DNA from: Octopus sinensis
Lineage: Eukaryota
Assembly: GCF_006345805.1 (NCBI RefSeq)
Contig: NC_043000.1
Location: 139,376,001-139,440,000, forward strand
Direction of reading: 5' to 3'
Length of the DNA stretch: 64,000 nucleotides
Below the pieces are notes generated by a model. It was not told the DNA's origin. It saw nothing but the letters and a program-made list of their open reading frames with translations, and searched no databases. Below, in pieces: positions 1 through 12,420 of this stretch; the first letter of the stretch is position 1, and each line of letters starts with the position of its first letter. A program made the position numbers and the translations under genes.

Positions 1-50
1 TTTTCCCTTTCTTTTTTATAGGATATTGATAAAAAATACCTGTGTAGAAT

Positions 51-485
51 GCAGGAGTGGCTGTGTGGTAAGAATCTTGCCTCCAAGCTACATGGTTCTA
101 GGTTCAGTCCCACTGCAGAGCACCTTGGGCAAGCATCTTCTACTATAGCCTCAGGCCAAACAAAGCATTGTGACAACTGGATTTGGTAGACAGAAACTCA
201 AAGAAGCCCTTTTTTGTGTGTGTGTGTGAGTGTGTGTATGTGCGTCGTGTGCATGCATGCGCACGTATGTGTGTGTGTGTGTGTGTGTGTGGGGTTTCTG
301 TGTTGCCCCAACTACTGCTTGTGTTTATATCGCCATAACTTAGCAGCTCAGCAAAAGGAACCAATAGAATAAGTGCTAGGCTTAAAACATAATTCCTCGG
401 GTCGATTCATCAAGCTAAAAAAGTTTCCAAAGTAGTGCTCCAGCATGGCTCAATCTAATGACTGAAATAAGTAAAAGATAAAAGA
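51..485 (+). mobile_element. SINE family A (tRNA-derived head, CORE-like body, internal microsatellite), diverged copy
   Basis: A-box-like TGGCTGTGTGGT, B-box-like GGTTCAGTCCC, CORE-like CACCTTGGGCAAG, internal (TG)n, tail GACTGAAATAAGTAAAAGA; same layout recurs more than 20 times in the window. Confidence 0.85.
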
Positions 486-893
486 CAGAAATATATAGGA
501 GATTGACAGATGCATCTGTGGAATGGTATTGTTAATTAAGAAAATCATAGCAGAGAATTCAAGCATATTTGGGGCTTAGTAATTTATCAGCACTGTTACT
601 TGTTCTTCAATTTCGAACATTCATATGCTCTACTACAATTGAATACTGCTGCCTCACAGACAACCAGAATTTCCGGACTTCTTCCCCCTATACAACGCTT
701 TGCATGTAGTATACCTAAGGAAGTGGTGGTAATGTTTCATTGCTGCAGATGCTGTGATAATGCAACAATCCTAACAATCTGTTGTTAGCCTGAAAACATT
801 AGGAAATTGTTGGATCTCTTTGCATGAAGAGATCCAGTGGATTTTTTCCAGAGATTAACTCTCTAAAAAAGGAATCCCTGGTAGGCTCAGATC

Positions 894-1303
894 ACAGGAG
901 TGGCTGTGTGGTAAGTAGCTTGCTTACGAACCACATGGTTCCAGGTTCAGTCCCACTGCATGGCACCTTGGGCAAGTGTGTTCTACTACAGTCTCGGACC
1001 GATCAAAGCCTTGTGAGTGGATGTGGTAGACAGAAACTGAAAGAAGCCCGTCGTATTTATGTATATGTATATATATGTATGTGTGCGTATATGTTTGTGT
1101 GTCTGTGTTTGTCCCCCACAACATTACTTGACAACCAATGGTAGTGTGTTTACATCCCTGTAACTTAGTGGTTCAGCAAAAGAGGCCAATAGAATAAGTA
1201 CTGGACTTCCAAAGAATAAGTCCTGGGGTCGATTTGCTCAACTAAAGGCGGTGCTCCAGCATGGCCACAGTCAAATGACTGAAACAAGTAAAAGAGTAAA
1301 AAA
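894..1303 (+). mobile_element. SINE family A, full-length
   Basis: AGGAGTGGCTGTGTGGTAAG...GGTTCAGTCCC...CAAATGACTGAAACAAGTAAAAGAGTAAAA. Confidence 0.9.
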
Positions 1304-1768
1304 GCAACCCATGTCAGTCACATCTTTGCCCTTTGTACAAGCAGCTTATCTCTATCACCAACATGACTGGTGAGTTTGCAGCATCCTGCTGGATGGTGTT
1401 CACAGCTGACTAGTTTATTACTATCATTAGTGCACTCACTGATGGCCTGGAGAAGAAGACTAAACCAGATTATTTAGAAGGAATAGAAACTGTAAAAGTT
1501 TGTGGTTCTAAAGAATTTGAGTCCTGATCAGTGTTAAACATGAATACTTCAGTAATCCAATATGAATGATCAATGCTGTCAACTACCACTGCCAACTACT
1601 GACTGTCAACTGCCAACAGTTCTCAAAGTTTCTTTATTTTATTAAAATGCATCAGTCCACTTTTTGTCACGTAGTCATCATGATCCTTCCACAATATATA
1701 CATATCTATATGTCTACATACATACTTATGTATTGATGTACATACATACCTACATATATGTATACATA

Positions 1769-2288
1769 ATCACAATAAGGGTGAAAAAAATTGAATATTA
1801 ATTAATAACATCAATTTAAAACACCAAGTGGCCTAGCGTAAAAAAAACTGATACAGTAAAAATTATTAATACAAGTAATAAGTGAGGGACCACATGTGGT
1901 CACTCTAACGCTAGAAATAGATCCGCAAAGGGAATCCACCACTAAAGAATTGTTCTCAAGCATTAATTCAACACGCCAAGAATGTAAGCGGGCAGGACAA
2001 ATGAAAAATAATGAAAAAATGGATTAATTCTATACAATTGTTTCATCGTTAATAGATTGTGTAATTTTACTTACAAATCATTTTCGAATCATCGGTAGAG
2101 TATATAAAAAATATAATTTGCTGAACCAAACGCCAAAATCCACACAAAGCCGAGCAAAGGCGAACGGCACAGCCGACATTCTTGGCGTGTTGAATTAATG
2201 CTTGAGAACAATTCTTTAATGGTGGATTCCCTTTGGCGATCTATTTCTAGCGTTACAGTGACCACATGTGGTCCCTCTCTTATTACTT
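1769..2288 (-). mobile_element. Penelope-like element pseudo-LTR fragment with partial inverted duplication
   Basis: Inverted arms ~1872-1985 / 2176-2288; hammerhead in the spacer; 13-bp direct repeat ATATGTATACATA at 1756-1768 and 2289-2301. Confidence 0.7.
2029..2099 (-). ncRNA. Minimal hammerhead ribozyme (U4C core variant)
   Basis: Minus strand: ucua CCGAUGA [stem II] GAAA caauug UA uaga; stem I ucua/uaga pairs; stem III palindromic. Confidence 0.65.
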
Positions 2289-2642
2289 ATATGTATACAT
2301 AGATATGCACACACATAAGTGTGTGTAAGTCTAATTTTACAGTTACCAGTGAAACACCCTCTCTGATTCAAATTGAATATTTATACCAAAGTAGGTCCTA
2401 TAATATATTTGTCATTAAACCTGCTCAAAATAATTTTTTATACTATCTTACCAATTCTTAATAGAGAAAAGATGGAATAGTATCTTTCAGAAATAATTAA
2501 TTAATTAGCTATATCCCATATAATTTGTTCATTCAAGTAAAGCATACTCTGATTAAAGAGGAGAAGTAATAACAGAATTTTAAAAAATAGTTTAGCTTAT
2601 CAATTTTTAAGTATTGCCAAATTGAGAGTGACTCAGAGAGTA

Positions 2643-2846
2643 TTACTCTTTTATTTGTTTCAGTCATTAGAATGTGGTCTTGCTGGAGCACCGCCTTTAG
2701 TCAAGCAAATCGACCCCAGGACTTATTCTTTGTAAGCCTAGTACTTATTCTATTGGTCTCTTTTGCTGAACCGCTAAGTTACGGGGACGTAAACACACCA
2801 CTATCGGTTGTCAAGTGATGTTGGGGAGACAAACACAAACACATAA

Positions 2847-2879
<33 letters not shown>

Positions 2880-3046
2880 CATATGTACGGCAGGCTTCTT
2901 TCAGTTTCCATCTACCAAAATCCACTCACAAGGGTTTGGTCAGCCCAAGGCTATAGTAGAAGACACTTGCCCAAGGCACCAAGCAGTGGGACTGAACCCG
3001 GAACCATGTGGTTCATAAACAAGCTACTTACCACACAGCCACTCCT
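2643..3046 (-). mobile_element. SINE family A, full-length
   Basis: Reverse complement of family A with internal (TA)n. Confidence 0.9.
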
Positions 3047-3487
3047 GTGTTAGAAAAAGAATTTCAAATATTATAATCATGGAAGCTAATAATGATATAG
3101 CTACAAGGTTGCTTGGCCCACTCAGAATAGCAGCTGACTCTCTTCAAATTTTTACTTTAGAGTCATAAATAAAGAAGGATGCAACTGGTAATGTAGTCTC
3201 TGATGATCTAAAAGATCAGATGTTTACTGCTAAAACACATTTGATATGCCTGCTTTATCTGTATTGACCTGGGGCTAAATAGCAATGTAATGTGTAACCA
3301 TAATGTTAAAGCTGGATGGCTCAGGATGACAGCTTTATTTATGCCACTAAGTATAATTAAAGCACGTGCAACACTCAAAGAACTGAAGCAAAGAGATTGT
3401 TAATTACCCAGCAACAACCTATACCCTATAGAATCTTTAATTAATTTAATTACTGTAGTTAACACCTTTCTCTTTCTTTTCAATCAT

Positions 3488-4525
3488 TTATCTTTTACTT
3501 GTTTCAGTAATCGAACTGTAGCCATGCTGGAGCACCTAGTTCAAGAAATTTTAGTTGAACGAATCAACCTAGTGCTTATGTTATTAAGATTGGTGCTGTT
3601 TTGTCATACCACCAAGTTATAGGATGCAGAGAAACCAACACCAGTTGCCAAATGATAGTGGTGAATAAACACACACAGACACACACATACTTGCCTGCAC
3701 ATATGCATGCACATACACACACACATACATACATACGTACATACATACATACAAACATACATACATACATACATACATACATACATACATACATACATAC
3801 ATGGTGGCTGCCCCCTCGTTATTGAGTATGGCCATTGCACGAAGCTTAATCAATGTTGTTATCATGCAATGCCTGTGCAAGAAGATATTTTATTAAGTGA
3901 GGAAAGGCTGTGCACTGAGTCAATCCCACTCACTAAGCAGCAGCAGCCATAATCTGAAAAGAAGAACAAGTCAACATCATCGGTAACCACTGAGTCGCAG
4001 GTTTTATTTCGGAGTCATCCCAGTTACCTGAGTTACCTTCTCCTAGAAGGATGCCCTAACAAAGGCTAGGAGTCCTTCACTCCCAATGGTTTAACCGCGC
4101 GATCGGGTATTTAGTCCGATTATTTCTATGTCCCCGCGCATGATACAGCCTTAAGCCATTTATTGGATGGCCGTTGACTCTCAAGAGTTCCTCCGCCCTT
4201 TGACGGGTTTTGTTTTTCATCCCACAGGGTGTCCAATAAACACCCTCCTCATCAAGCAAGCTTGGTGGGGTTGCCGGTTTAGTCACCGACGACCCAACCA
4301 TGCAACAGGTTGTACTGGGTTACATGTTACCAGTAGCACTCAAAAGTGACATACATACATACATTTATTTATCATAGATTTATTTCAGTTTCCATCTGCC
4401 AAATCCACTCACAAAGATTTAGTTGGCCTGGGGCTATATTTGAAGAAACTTGCCCAAGATGCCATGCAGTGGGATTGAACCTGCAGCCACATGATTGGGA
4501 AGCAAATATTTCGCCGCACAGCCAT
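3488..4525 (-). mobile_element. SINE family A (old), split by a nested insertion at ~3720-4347
   Basis: 3' half at 3488-3720, 5' half at 4350-4525. Confidence 0.7.
3720..4347 (-). mobile_element. Non-coding retroelement of ~540 bp with (ATGT)n tail, probably RTE/RTEX-derived non-autonomous element
   Basis: GC-richer unique block 3801-4347 running into (CATA)n at 3720-3800; motif AGTTACCTTCTCCTAG...AAGGCTAGGAGTCC resembles RTE/RTEX UTR motifs; no ORF, no tRNA head. Confidence 0.5.
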
Positions 4526-5314
4526 ATATTCCTCATCAGTATGGGTGTAAATTTAATTAGTTAAAAAATATTGATTTCACTAGATTAAATATGTTAACTA
4601 CCATTTTAACTATTTGTTCTTCTTACAGAAGGCATTCCTGAGCAATCTCCCGCTCCGAGACATCAACTGAAGCATAAAAAAATTTACGTGCTATTGCTGT
4701 TGTGTGATGGGTGTAGAAAGCAGCCAATTTTGAACTCATAACTTTGTAGTCAATACTCCAGTGCTTTCACTACTTAGCTCATAATTCAATTTAACAAAAA
4801 GGCCATCAAATGCTTGTAAACATTTCATGTTATATGATTTCAATATAACAAAAAAAAAAAAGAAAAAGAAGAGAAGCTTCACCACCCCACCACAAAAAAA
4901 TACTAATAATGAAAGAAAAAAATTATAAGAATGGTTTATAGAATAGAATATTTATGTAATGTATAAAAGATTACATGATAAGTCAATTTTAGTAAATTAT
5001 CCCTCAAGGAATATGAAAGTATTACTAATTTGATAAATACTAGTAAAATTCTATTGAAATTGAACTATTTCACTTTGTGATGTTTATCTCTTATCCACAG
5101 TCAATCTACTTTTAGATTTAAACAAGATACATTGATGGATATGTTCATCTCTTTGTGTGTGTGTGAGTGTGTGTGTCTATGGGATATGTGTATGTGTTCT
5201 GGTGGATTTAAGTTTTTCTGTATTCTTTTTTGTATATCTATCATACTAAATATCATTTTGTAATATTTTATTGGTATATAGAAAATTCTAAAGTCATAAA
5301 TTCATATTATATGA

Positions 5315-5440
5315 TCTCTCTCTCTCTCTCTCTCTCTCTCTCCTTTCTTTCACTCCCTTTCTCTCTTGCTTTCTCTCTTTCTTTTCCTCTCTCTCTCTCT
5401 TACTCTCTCTTGCTTATCGTCTCTCTTTCTTATTCCCTCA
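5315..5440. repeat. (CT)n microsatellite
   Basis: Direct reading. Confidence 0.9.
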
Positions 5441-5689
5441 ATACACATAGATATCTAACTAATATAAGTACTTATGCTTAGACAAATATGTACGCATATG
5501 TGTATATAAATATGTATGTGTGTGCATTGTTTACTATCAGTAGTGTATGTTTACTTTGAAGTAATAGCAGCAAAACTTTGAAGTAAACAGTCACTATTGA
5601 TATATGTTATTTTGACTCTATAGTCAGCATTGAGTCCTATATTCAGTGCATGTTTACTATACATAAAAACAAACTTTAAAAGGATGACT

Positions 5690-6255
5690 GTATAAATATA
5701 TATACATATATACATATATGTGTGCATATAATATGTATATATATGTATATATGGCTTTGTGTGTGTATATATATATATATATACACACACACACATAAAT
5801 CTGAATATAAATACACACATCTATATACATATAGATGTATATATATATACATTACATATATATGCATATATATATAATATATAATAAATACACACACATC
5901 TATATACATATAGATGTATATATATACATTACATACATATGGATATATATATATATAATATATAATAAATACACACACATCTATATACATATAAGTGTAT
6001 ATATATGCATTACATATATATGCATATATATATATATAATATTTTATATATACATTACGTATATATGCATATATATATAATATTTTTATATGTTTTATTA
6101 TATGTCCCTAGACGTATATAAGCTTATACAGAATCACCTATATGTACATTGTGCCTAGACACACACACACACAAACACAAACACACACACACACACACAT
6201 ACACACACACACATGCATGCACACACACATGCGTGTGCACACACATACACACATT
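5690..6255. repeat. Compound (TA)n/(CA)n microsatellite with ~78-bp higher-order unit
   Basis: AAATACACACATCTATATACATATA...CATTACATA recurs at about 5810, 5887 and 5967. Confidence 0.85.
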
Positions 6256-6864
6256 CCTACACAATATCACTTTCTTGTTTTGTAAATTACTATTTTTCAG
6301 TAATTTCTTCAATTTTCATGGAGTTTGATGCCAAAGCTAGCTACTTAAGCCAACGGATTGCTTTGATACTTTAGTAAATAGCAATTTGGGACAGAGGAAA
6401 ATATATATGTGATGTGACTATTTCTAATACAAGCTCATGTCTAACCATAAAAGAAACTCTTTTATTTACATCGTTAATAATCTTAAGAACTATATGAAGT
6501 GTGTCACCACTTCTTATATATATATATATATATATATTCCTTTTAAAAAATATATTAAGTACTAGTTATGTACTGGAGTCGATATAATCAACAGTACTAA
6601 TTCCCCCACAATTTGAGACTTTGTTTCAATGTATGAAATAATAATAATAATAATTTATAATAATAATAATAATGATGATGGTGATGATGATGATGATGAT
6701 GATGATAATAACAAGAGCACTCAGAGAGTGCAAACCTTCATTAAGACACCATCAACATCCTCTCAATGATTAGCTGGAGATGATTTTTATAAAATGAGAA
6801 TATCTGAAATAAACATGACTGCTTTCACAAACGAGAATACTAAAAATGAACCCAACACACCAGC

Positions 6865-7162
6865 ATTTGACTGTGGCCATGCCAGAGCACTGCCTTTAGT
6901 CGAACAAATCAACCCCAGGACTTATTTTTTGTAAGCCTAGTAGTTATTCTATTGGTGTCTTTTGCTGAACCACTAAGTTACAGGGATATAAACACACCAG
7001 CATCTGTTGTCAAGCGATGTTGGGGGGACAAACACAGACACACAAACATATACACACGCATGCACATATATATACATATACACATATATGATGGGCTTCT
7101 TTCAGTTTCTGTCTACCAAATCAACTCACAAGGCTTTGGTCAGCCTGAGGCTACAGTAGAAG
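6865..7162 (-). mobile_element. SINE family A, truncated
   Basis: Matches family A body. Confidence 0.8.
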
Positions 7163-7296
7163 AGCAATGGTGTCAAGGTAATTGCTGGCCTTGTGCCAAC
7201 ATTTGAAGACATTATTAGAGTAGCTTCAAAAGAGTAAAGAAAAATAAAGAAAGCCTCACTAAATGCCTTGTAAAATTTATTTACTGAAGATTTAAG

Positions 7297-7505
7297 ATGG
7301 TGAGTTGGCAGCACCGTTAGCATGCCAGGCAAAATGGTTAGTGGTGCCTTATTCATCTTTAAATTTTGAGTTCAAATTCTACTGAGGTTGACTTTACCTT
7401 TGATCCTTGCAGGGTCGATAAAATAAGTACCAATCGAGCGCTGAGGTTGATGTGATAGACTTATACCCACCCACAGAATGGCTGGCCTTGTGCCAAAATT
7501 TGAAA
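7297..7505 (+). mobile_element. SINE family B (tRNA-like head; GTCGACTTTGCCTTTCATCC central domain)
   Basis: GGTGAGTTGGCAG...GAGTTCAAATTC...GGTCGATAAAATAAGTACC...CCTTGTGCCAAAATTTGAAA. Confidence 0.75.
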
Positions 7506-7509
7506 TCAA

Positions 7510-7720
7510 TAGTAGTGCTAGTGGTGCTTGTGGTGCAGGTGGGGCTAGTGGTGTTTGTGATGTTGGTGGTGCTAGTGGTGCTAGTGTTGCTGGTGGTGAT
7601 GGGGGTGTTGGTGCTGCTAGTGGTGCTAGTGGTGCTAGTGTTGCTGGTGGTGATGGGGGTGTTGGTGCTGCTAGTGGTGCTGGTGGAGCTGGTGGAGCTG
7701 GTGGTGCTGGTGGTTTTGGT
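7510..7720. repeat. GGT/GCT-based minisatellite, ~51-bp unit
   Basis: GTGCTAGTGGTGCTAGTGTTGCTGGTGGTGATGGGGGTGTTGGTGCTGCTA occurs twice, with degenerate flanks. Confidence 0.8.
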
Positions 7721-7981
7721 GAGCAGATTCATTAGAAGATCATTGTAATTAACTACATCTTTTTGCAACCTAATTTCAGTTCCTACTAAGATTAACTTTA
7801 CCCTTCATCTTCATCAGATTTGTAAAGTAAAATGTCAGTCAAATACAAAGATTTATTCAAACTGCTGTACTTTCCCACCAGATTTATGGCTTCGTGCCTT
7901 AGCAGAAATCCTTAGTATGTAGGTGGGGATTTGAGTCGTAGAAATGGTGTCACACAAAAATATTTGGTGATATTCTCTCAT

Positions 7982-8015
<34 letters not shown>

Positions 8016-8397
8016 ACGTTTAATGTCTGCTTTCCATGCTAGCATGGGTTGGACGATTTTGACTGAGGGCTGGCGAACCAGACGGCCGCACCAGGCTCCA
8101 ATCTTGATCTGGCAGAGTTTCTACAGATGGATGCCCTTTCTAACGCCAACCACTCCGAGAGTGTAGTGGGTGCTTTTTACGTGCCACTGACATGAGGCCA
8201 GTCAAGTGGTCTTGTCAATGACCTCGCTCGAATCTTTTTACACATGCCACCGGCACAGGTGCCAGTAAGGTGACGTTGGTAACGATCATGCTCGAATAGT
8301 GGCCTTTTACATGTCCCTGGCATGGAAGCCAGTTGGCTGCTCTGGCAACGATCACGCTTGGATGGTGCTCTTGGCACCCTACTAGCACGGATGCCAG
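7982..8397 (-). mobile_element. SINE family C ((GAT)n tail, internal ~62-bp tandem modules)
   Basis: (CAT)n + TTTCCATGCTAGCATGGGTTGGACG...GGATGCCCTTTCTAACGCCAACC, followed by 3 modules starting RYGTGCCAC. Confidence 0.85.
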
Positions 8398-8699
8398 TCG
8401 TTCATCTAATAGCTTTTTAAGTTGAAATACTATATATAAGGCTTTACTTTGCATTTTTATATTTCACTAAGATCAACATCATAAGTAACAGTAATGTACT
8501 GGAGTGAAGATAGTCACCTTTATTTTTATTTTACTTTATTTTTATTTTCATTCTTCATTTAAAAACGAAAAGTAGAACCAAAGAACCAATTTTTGTTTCT
8601 TTTTTACTAGGGCTTCAAGACTGCCTGACTGCATAAGGAAGTAACGGCAACTCATGGCTCATTGTGTTAGGAAGTACACAGCATCTTCAAAACATTGTT

Positions 8700-8893
8700 T
8701 CATTATTATTATTATTATTATCATTATTATTAACATTAATATTATTATTATTATCATCATCATTATTGTTATTATTATTATTATTATTATTAATATTATT
8801 AATAATATTATTATTATCATTTATATTATTATTATTATTATCATTATTATTATTATATTAATATTATTATTATTATTAATATTATTATTATTA

Positions 8894-8925
<32 letters not shown>

Positions 8926-9063
8926 CATTATTATTATTATTAGTATTACTATTACTATTACTATAATTATTATTATTATTATTATTATCATCATCATCAT
9001 CATTATTATTATTATTATAATTATTATTATTATCATTATTATTATTATTACTATTACTATTAC

Positions 9064-9104
<41 letters not shown>

Positions 9105-9115
9105 TATTATTATTT
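8700..9115. repeat. (ATT)n microsatellite
   Basis: Direct reading; produces spurious poly-Ile and poly-Leu ORFs. Confidence 0.95.
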
Positions 9116-9569
9116 CTGTTTTTATAGTTCTCTGATTATGTTCATGTTACTTTTGAATTTGTTGTATTTGGTAATTTGTTTCGACTTTATACTTCACAGT
9201 GATGTTTTCTGTTTCTTGGCCGGCCGTCTCTTTAATCAAGCATATCTTTCCCATTCTTCTGTTTGATTATTGTCTTTGTCATTATCGCTGCATCATTGCT
9301 ATTATTTTTACCTTTGTCTCAAGGCATTCTTATCATTTGTAATCATTATTATTAGAACAAAAATGTTGCTGCTGCTGCTGCTGCTGACGTGAATGACGTT
9401 GATGCTAATAATCATCGTTATCAAGCTTTGATAAGCACCATCACAACTGTTCACCAACAAGATGATGAATAAGGCTATTTGAATCCGTCTACTATCCATC
9501 CTTTACCGTTCCCTGTCATCTTCATCACTATCCTCACCACCACAACTACCACCACAACCAACACCACCA

Positions 9570-10097
9570 ACATCATCATCATCATCATCATCGTTTAACG
9601 TCCTCTTTCCATGCTAGCATGGGTTGGACGATTTTGACTGAGGGCTGGCGAACCAGATGGCTGCACCAAGCTCCAATCTTCATCTGGCAGAGTTTCTACA
9701 GATGGATGCCCTTCCTAATGCCAACCACTCCAAGAGTGTGGTGGGTGCTTTTTTACGTGCCACCAGCATGGAGGCCAGTCAGGTGGTCTTGTCAATGACC
9801 TCGCTCGAATCTTTTTACACATACCACCAGCACAGGTGCCAGTAAGGTGATGCTGGTAACGATCACACTCGAATGGTGACCTTTTACGTGCCACCGGCAT
9901 GGAAGCCAGTTAGCTGCTCTGGCAATGATCACACTCAAATGGCGCCCTTTTACGTGCCACCGGCACGGAAGCCAGTTAGCTGCTCTGGCAACGATCACAC
10001 TTGGATGGTGCTCTTGGCACCCTACTTGTACGGGCACAAGTGCCAGTAAGGCAATGCTGGTAACGATCACACTCGAATAGTGCCTTTTATGTGCCAC
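9570..10097 (-). mobile_element. SINE family C with ~5 internal tandem modules
   Basis: Same 3' part as 7982-8397; repeated ACGTGCCACCGGCA...GCCAG-loop-CTGGC...CTCGAATGGTG. Confidence 0.85.
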
Positions 10098-10594
10098 AAA
10101 CAGAACATCATCATAATCATCATCATCATCATCATCATACTCATCATTAATGTTTCTGTTGTCTGTGTACTATTTTGCTTTGTTAATATTTGGCCCTGGT
10201 TGAATGTTAAAAATTCTACAAGATCTTGATATTGTTCCTCACCATCAATGTCATTCCCCTTTTTATATACATGGCACTTTACTCCCATTTTATTTAGTAA
10301 TTCTTCAACTCATAGTTACAGGTTCTGTCAGGAGCATTAAAAATTACACAGAAATACTTTTGTTTCCTAGTTATCATCAACCAGAATTCATTTAGATTTC
10401 AGCATAAGGTCTTGGAAATTATATTTGTTTGTTATTTCAATGCATTAATTTCAATACACATTATATTGTCTGACAGATTTATCTGCTCCATGAACAACAA
10501 AAGTAAACCTGTTTAGCCATAATTAACCGCAGTGTTTGCCATTCTTACTGAAATTTTGTCAGCTGGCTAGTTTATTCTTTGTAAGGTTTTGTTT

Positions 10595-10895
10595 GTTCCT
10601 TCTTGAGCCATGCCTGGCTCATAAGGGCTGGTTTCCCAGTTTCCTTGGCATATAGGTTCCTTTCCCACCTGGACGGGATGCCATTCTGTTGCAGGTGAGC
10701 TGCAAGATGCAGGAGGAAAGAGTGAGAGAAAGATGTGGCAAAAGAGTCAGCAGAAGTTCGCCATCCTCTTCTGCCGGAGCCACATGGGGATTAGATGTTT
10801 CGCTCATAAACACACACATCACCCAGTCTGAGATTTGAACCCATGATCCCTTGACCGTGAGTCCGCTGCTCTAACCACTAGGCCATGTACCTCCA
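10595..10895 (-). mobile_element. SINE family E (tRNA head GTGGAGGYRCATGGCCTAGTGGTTAG)
   Basis: Reverse-complement tRNA-like A/B boxes; body CTTTCTCTCACTCTTTCCTCCTG shared with 15885-16122, 36037-36280 and 62518-63018. Confidence 0.75.
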
Positions 10896-10939
10896 CTTTT
10901 TTGTAAGATAAGATGCTCTTATTACATTCAATATAGTGA

Positions 10940-11145
10940 AGTTTGCAAGCTGGCAGAATTATTAGTAAAATGCATGGTCGTATTTCATCTGTCCTTAAGA
11001 ATTCACTTCAAACTCTGCTGAAGCTGACTTTGTCTTTTATCCTTTCAGGTTCAATAAAATAAACACCAGTGGAATTCTGGGGTCAATGTAATCAATTTAT
11101 GCTCTTCCTCCAAATTGTTGGCCATGTGCCAAAATATGAAATCAA
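10940..11145 (+). mobile_element. SINE family B, degenerate
   Basis: GCAAGCTGGCAGAA...GACTTTGTCTTTTATCCTTTC...GGGGTCAATGTAATC. Confidence 0.6.
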
Positions 11146-11233
11146 TATATTCAGTATAGTAAATACCAAGGATCTAAATAGAAATATTTATTCAGTGAGG
11201 GAAAGGTATTAGCTCAATGACTAATATGGCTTC

Positions 11234-11636
11234 ATAGGCGTAGAAGTGGCTGTGTGGCAAGTAGCTTGCCTACGAATGACATGGTTCCAGGTTCAGTCCC
11301 ACTGCATGGCACATTAGGCATTAGGTCTTCTACTATAGCCTTGGGCCAATCAATGCCTTGTGAGTGGATTTGGTAGACAGAAACTGAAAGACGCCCATCG
11401 TATATATGTATATATATATATGTGTATGTGTGTCTGTGTTTGTCCTCCCCCCAACATTGCTTGACAACCAATTCTGGTGTGTTTACGTCCCCGTAACTTA
11501 GCAGTTCAGCTAAGAGACCGATAGAATAAGTACTAGGCTTCCAAAGAATAAGTCCTGGGGTCGCTTTGCTCGACTAAAAAAAGGCAGTGCTCCAGCATGG
11601 CCACAGTCAAATGACTGAAACAAGTAAAAGAGTAAA
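11234..11636 (+). mobile_element. SINE family A, full-length
   Basis: Family A head to tail. Confidence 0.9.
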
Positions 11637-11850
11637 TCCTTTCAGCAAGTATGGGAGACGACTCTGGGTATATTTCAGTTAACAAGACTTCCTCAGGAAG
11701 ACGTAAACATCCTGTTACTTGCCACTGTAGACATGAGTGAATAAATCAATGATTAATAAATTTGATTGATTTATTTGATGGTAATTTTGTAGTGTCTCGT
11801 GTCTTAATGTTTGAAGTGGAAAACAGCAAACACTTTCAATCATTATTATA

Positions 11851-12201
11851 CTAACAGTATCACCCAGTGGTGCCGTGTTTGTTTTGACCCTTTAGAATTG
11901 GAATTTTTGAAAAGTAAAAATTTTGCATCATGTAGCTTGTTATTCTCTTTAAGTGAACATCTTTCTGGTTGAAATACACCGAAAAATAGCGACACAGACG
12001 TCAAAAAATCGTAAAAAATAGGGACTTTCATTAGAAAAAAAGCACCTTTTTGATGTAAATAATTTTTGGTGTTAACATGGACCGATTCTATCATACTCTC
12101 AATTTTGGTCAACTTGCACCGCAGGGTCTCAGAGGAGATAGTGTTAGTTGAAGGCAACCAAACCTGTCACATACAGACAACTTCAGCTTTATATATATAG
12201 A
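11851..12201 (-). mobile_element. Non-autonomous Helitron, internally deleted relative to 40991-41438
   Basis: Reverse complement of 40991-41438; 5' TC start, degenerate 3' hairpin and CTAG. Confidence 0.75.
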
Positions 12202-12213
12202 TTATGATTATTT

Positions 12214-12420
12214 AAGGCAGTGAAATAATGGCAGAATTGTTAGTATGCTAGGTAAAATGTTTGGCCACACTTCATCTGTCTGTATATTTTGAGTCCAAAT
12301 TCTGCCGAGACTGACTTTTCCTTACATTATTTTAGAGTCTATAAAACAAGTACCAGTTTAACACGGTGCAATAAATTTAATCTCTTCCCCAAAAAGCCTG
12401 GCCTTGTGCTAAAATTTGAA
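12214..12420 (+). mobile_element. SINE family B, degenerate
   Basis: GGCAGAATTGTTAG...GAGTCCAAATTCTGCCGAG...CCTTGTGCTAAAATTTGAAA. Confidence 0.6.

Noticed and set aside
600-800. Candidate minus-strand exon after TTTTCAG (~790)
   Set aside because: All frames stop within 25 codons; no recognisable product
7394-7768. Mucin-like or Gly/Ala-rich ORFs
   Set aside because: GGT/GCT minisatellite overlapping a SINE; open in several frames on both strands
8654-9127. Poly-Ile/Leu membrane-protein-like ORFs
   Set aside because: Translations of the (ATT)n microsatellite
9177-9202. Minus-strand CTG-TGAAG...GTCGAAAC hammerhead-like motif
   Set aside because: Core lacks a base and there is no stem I or stem III
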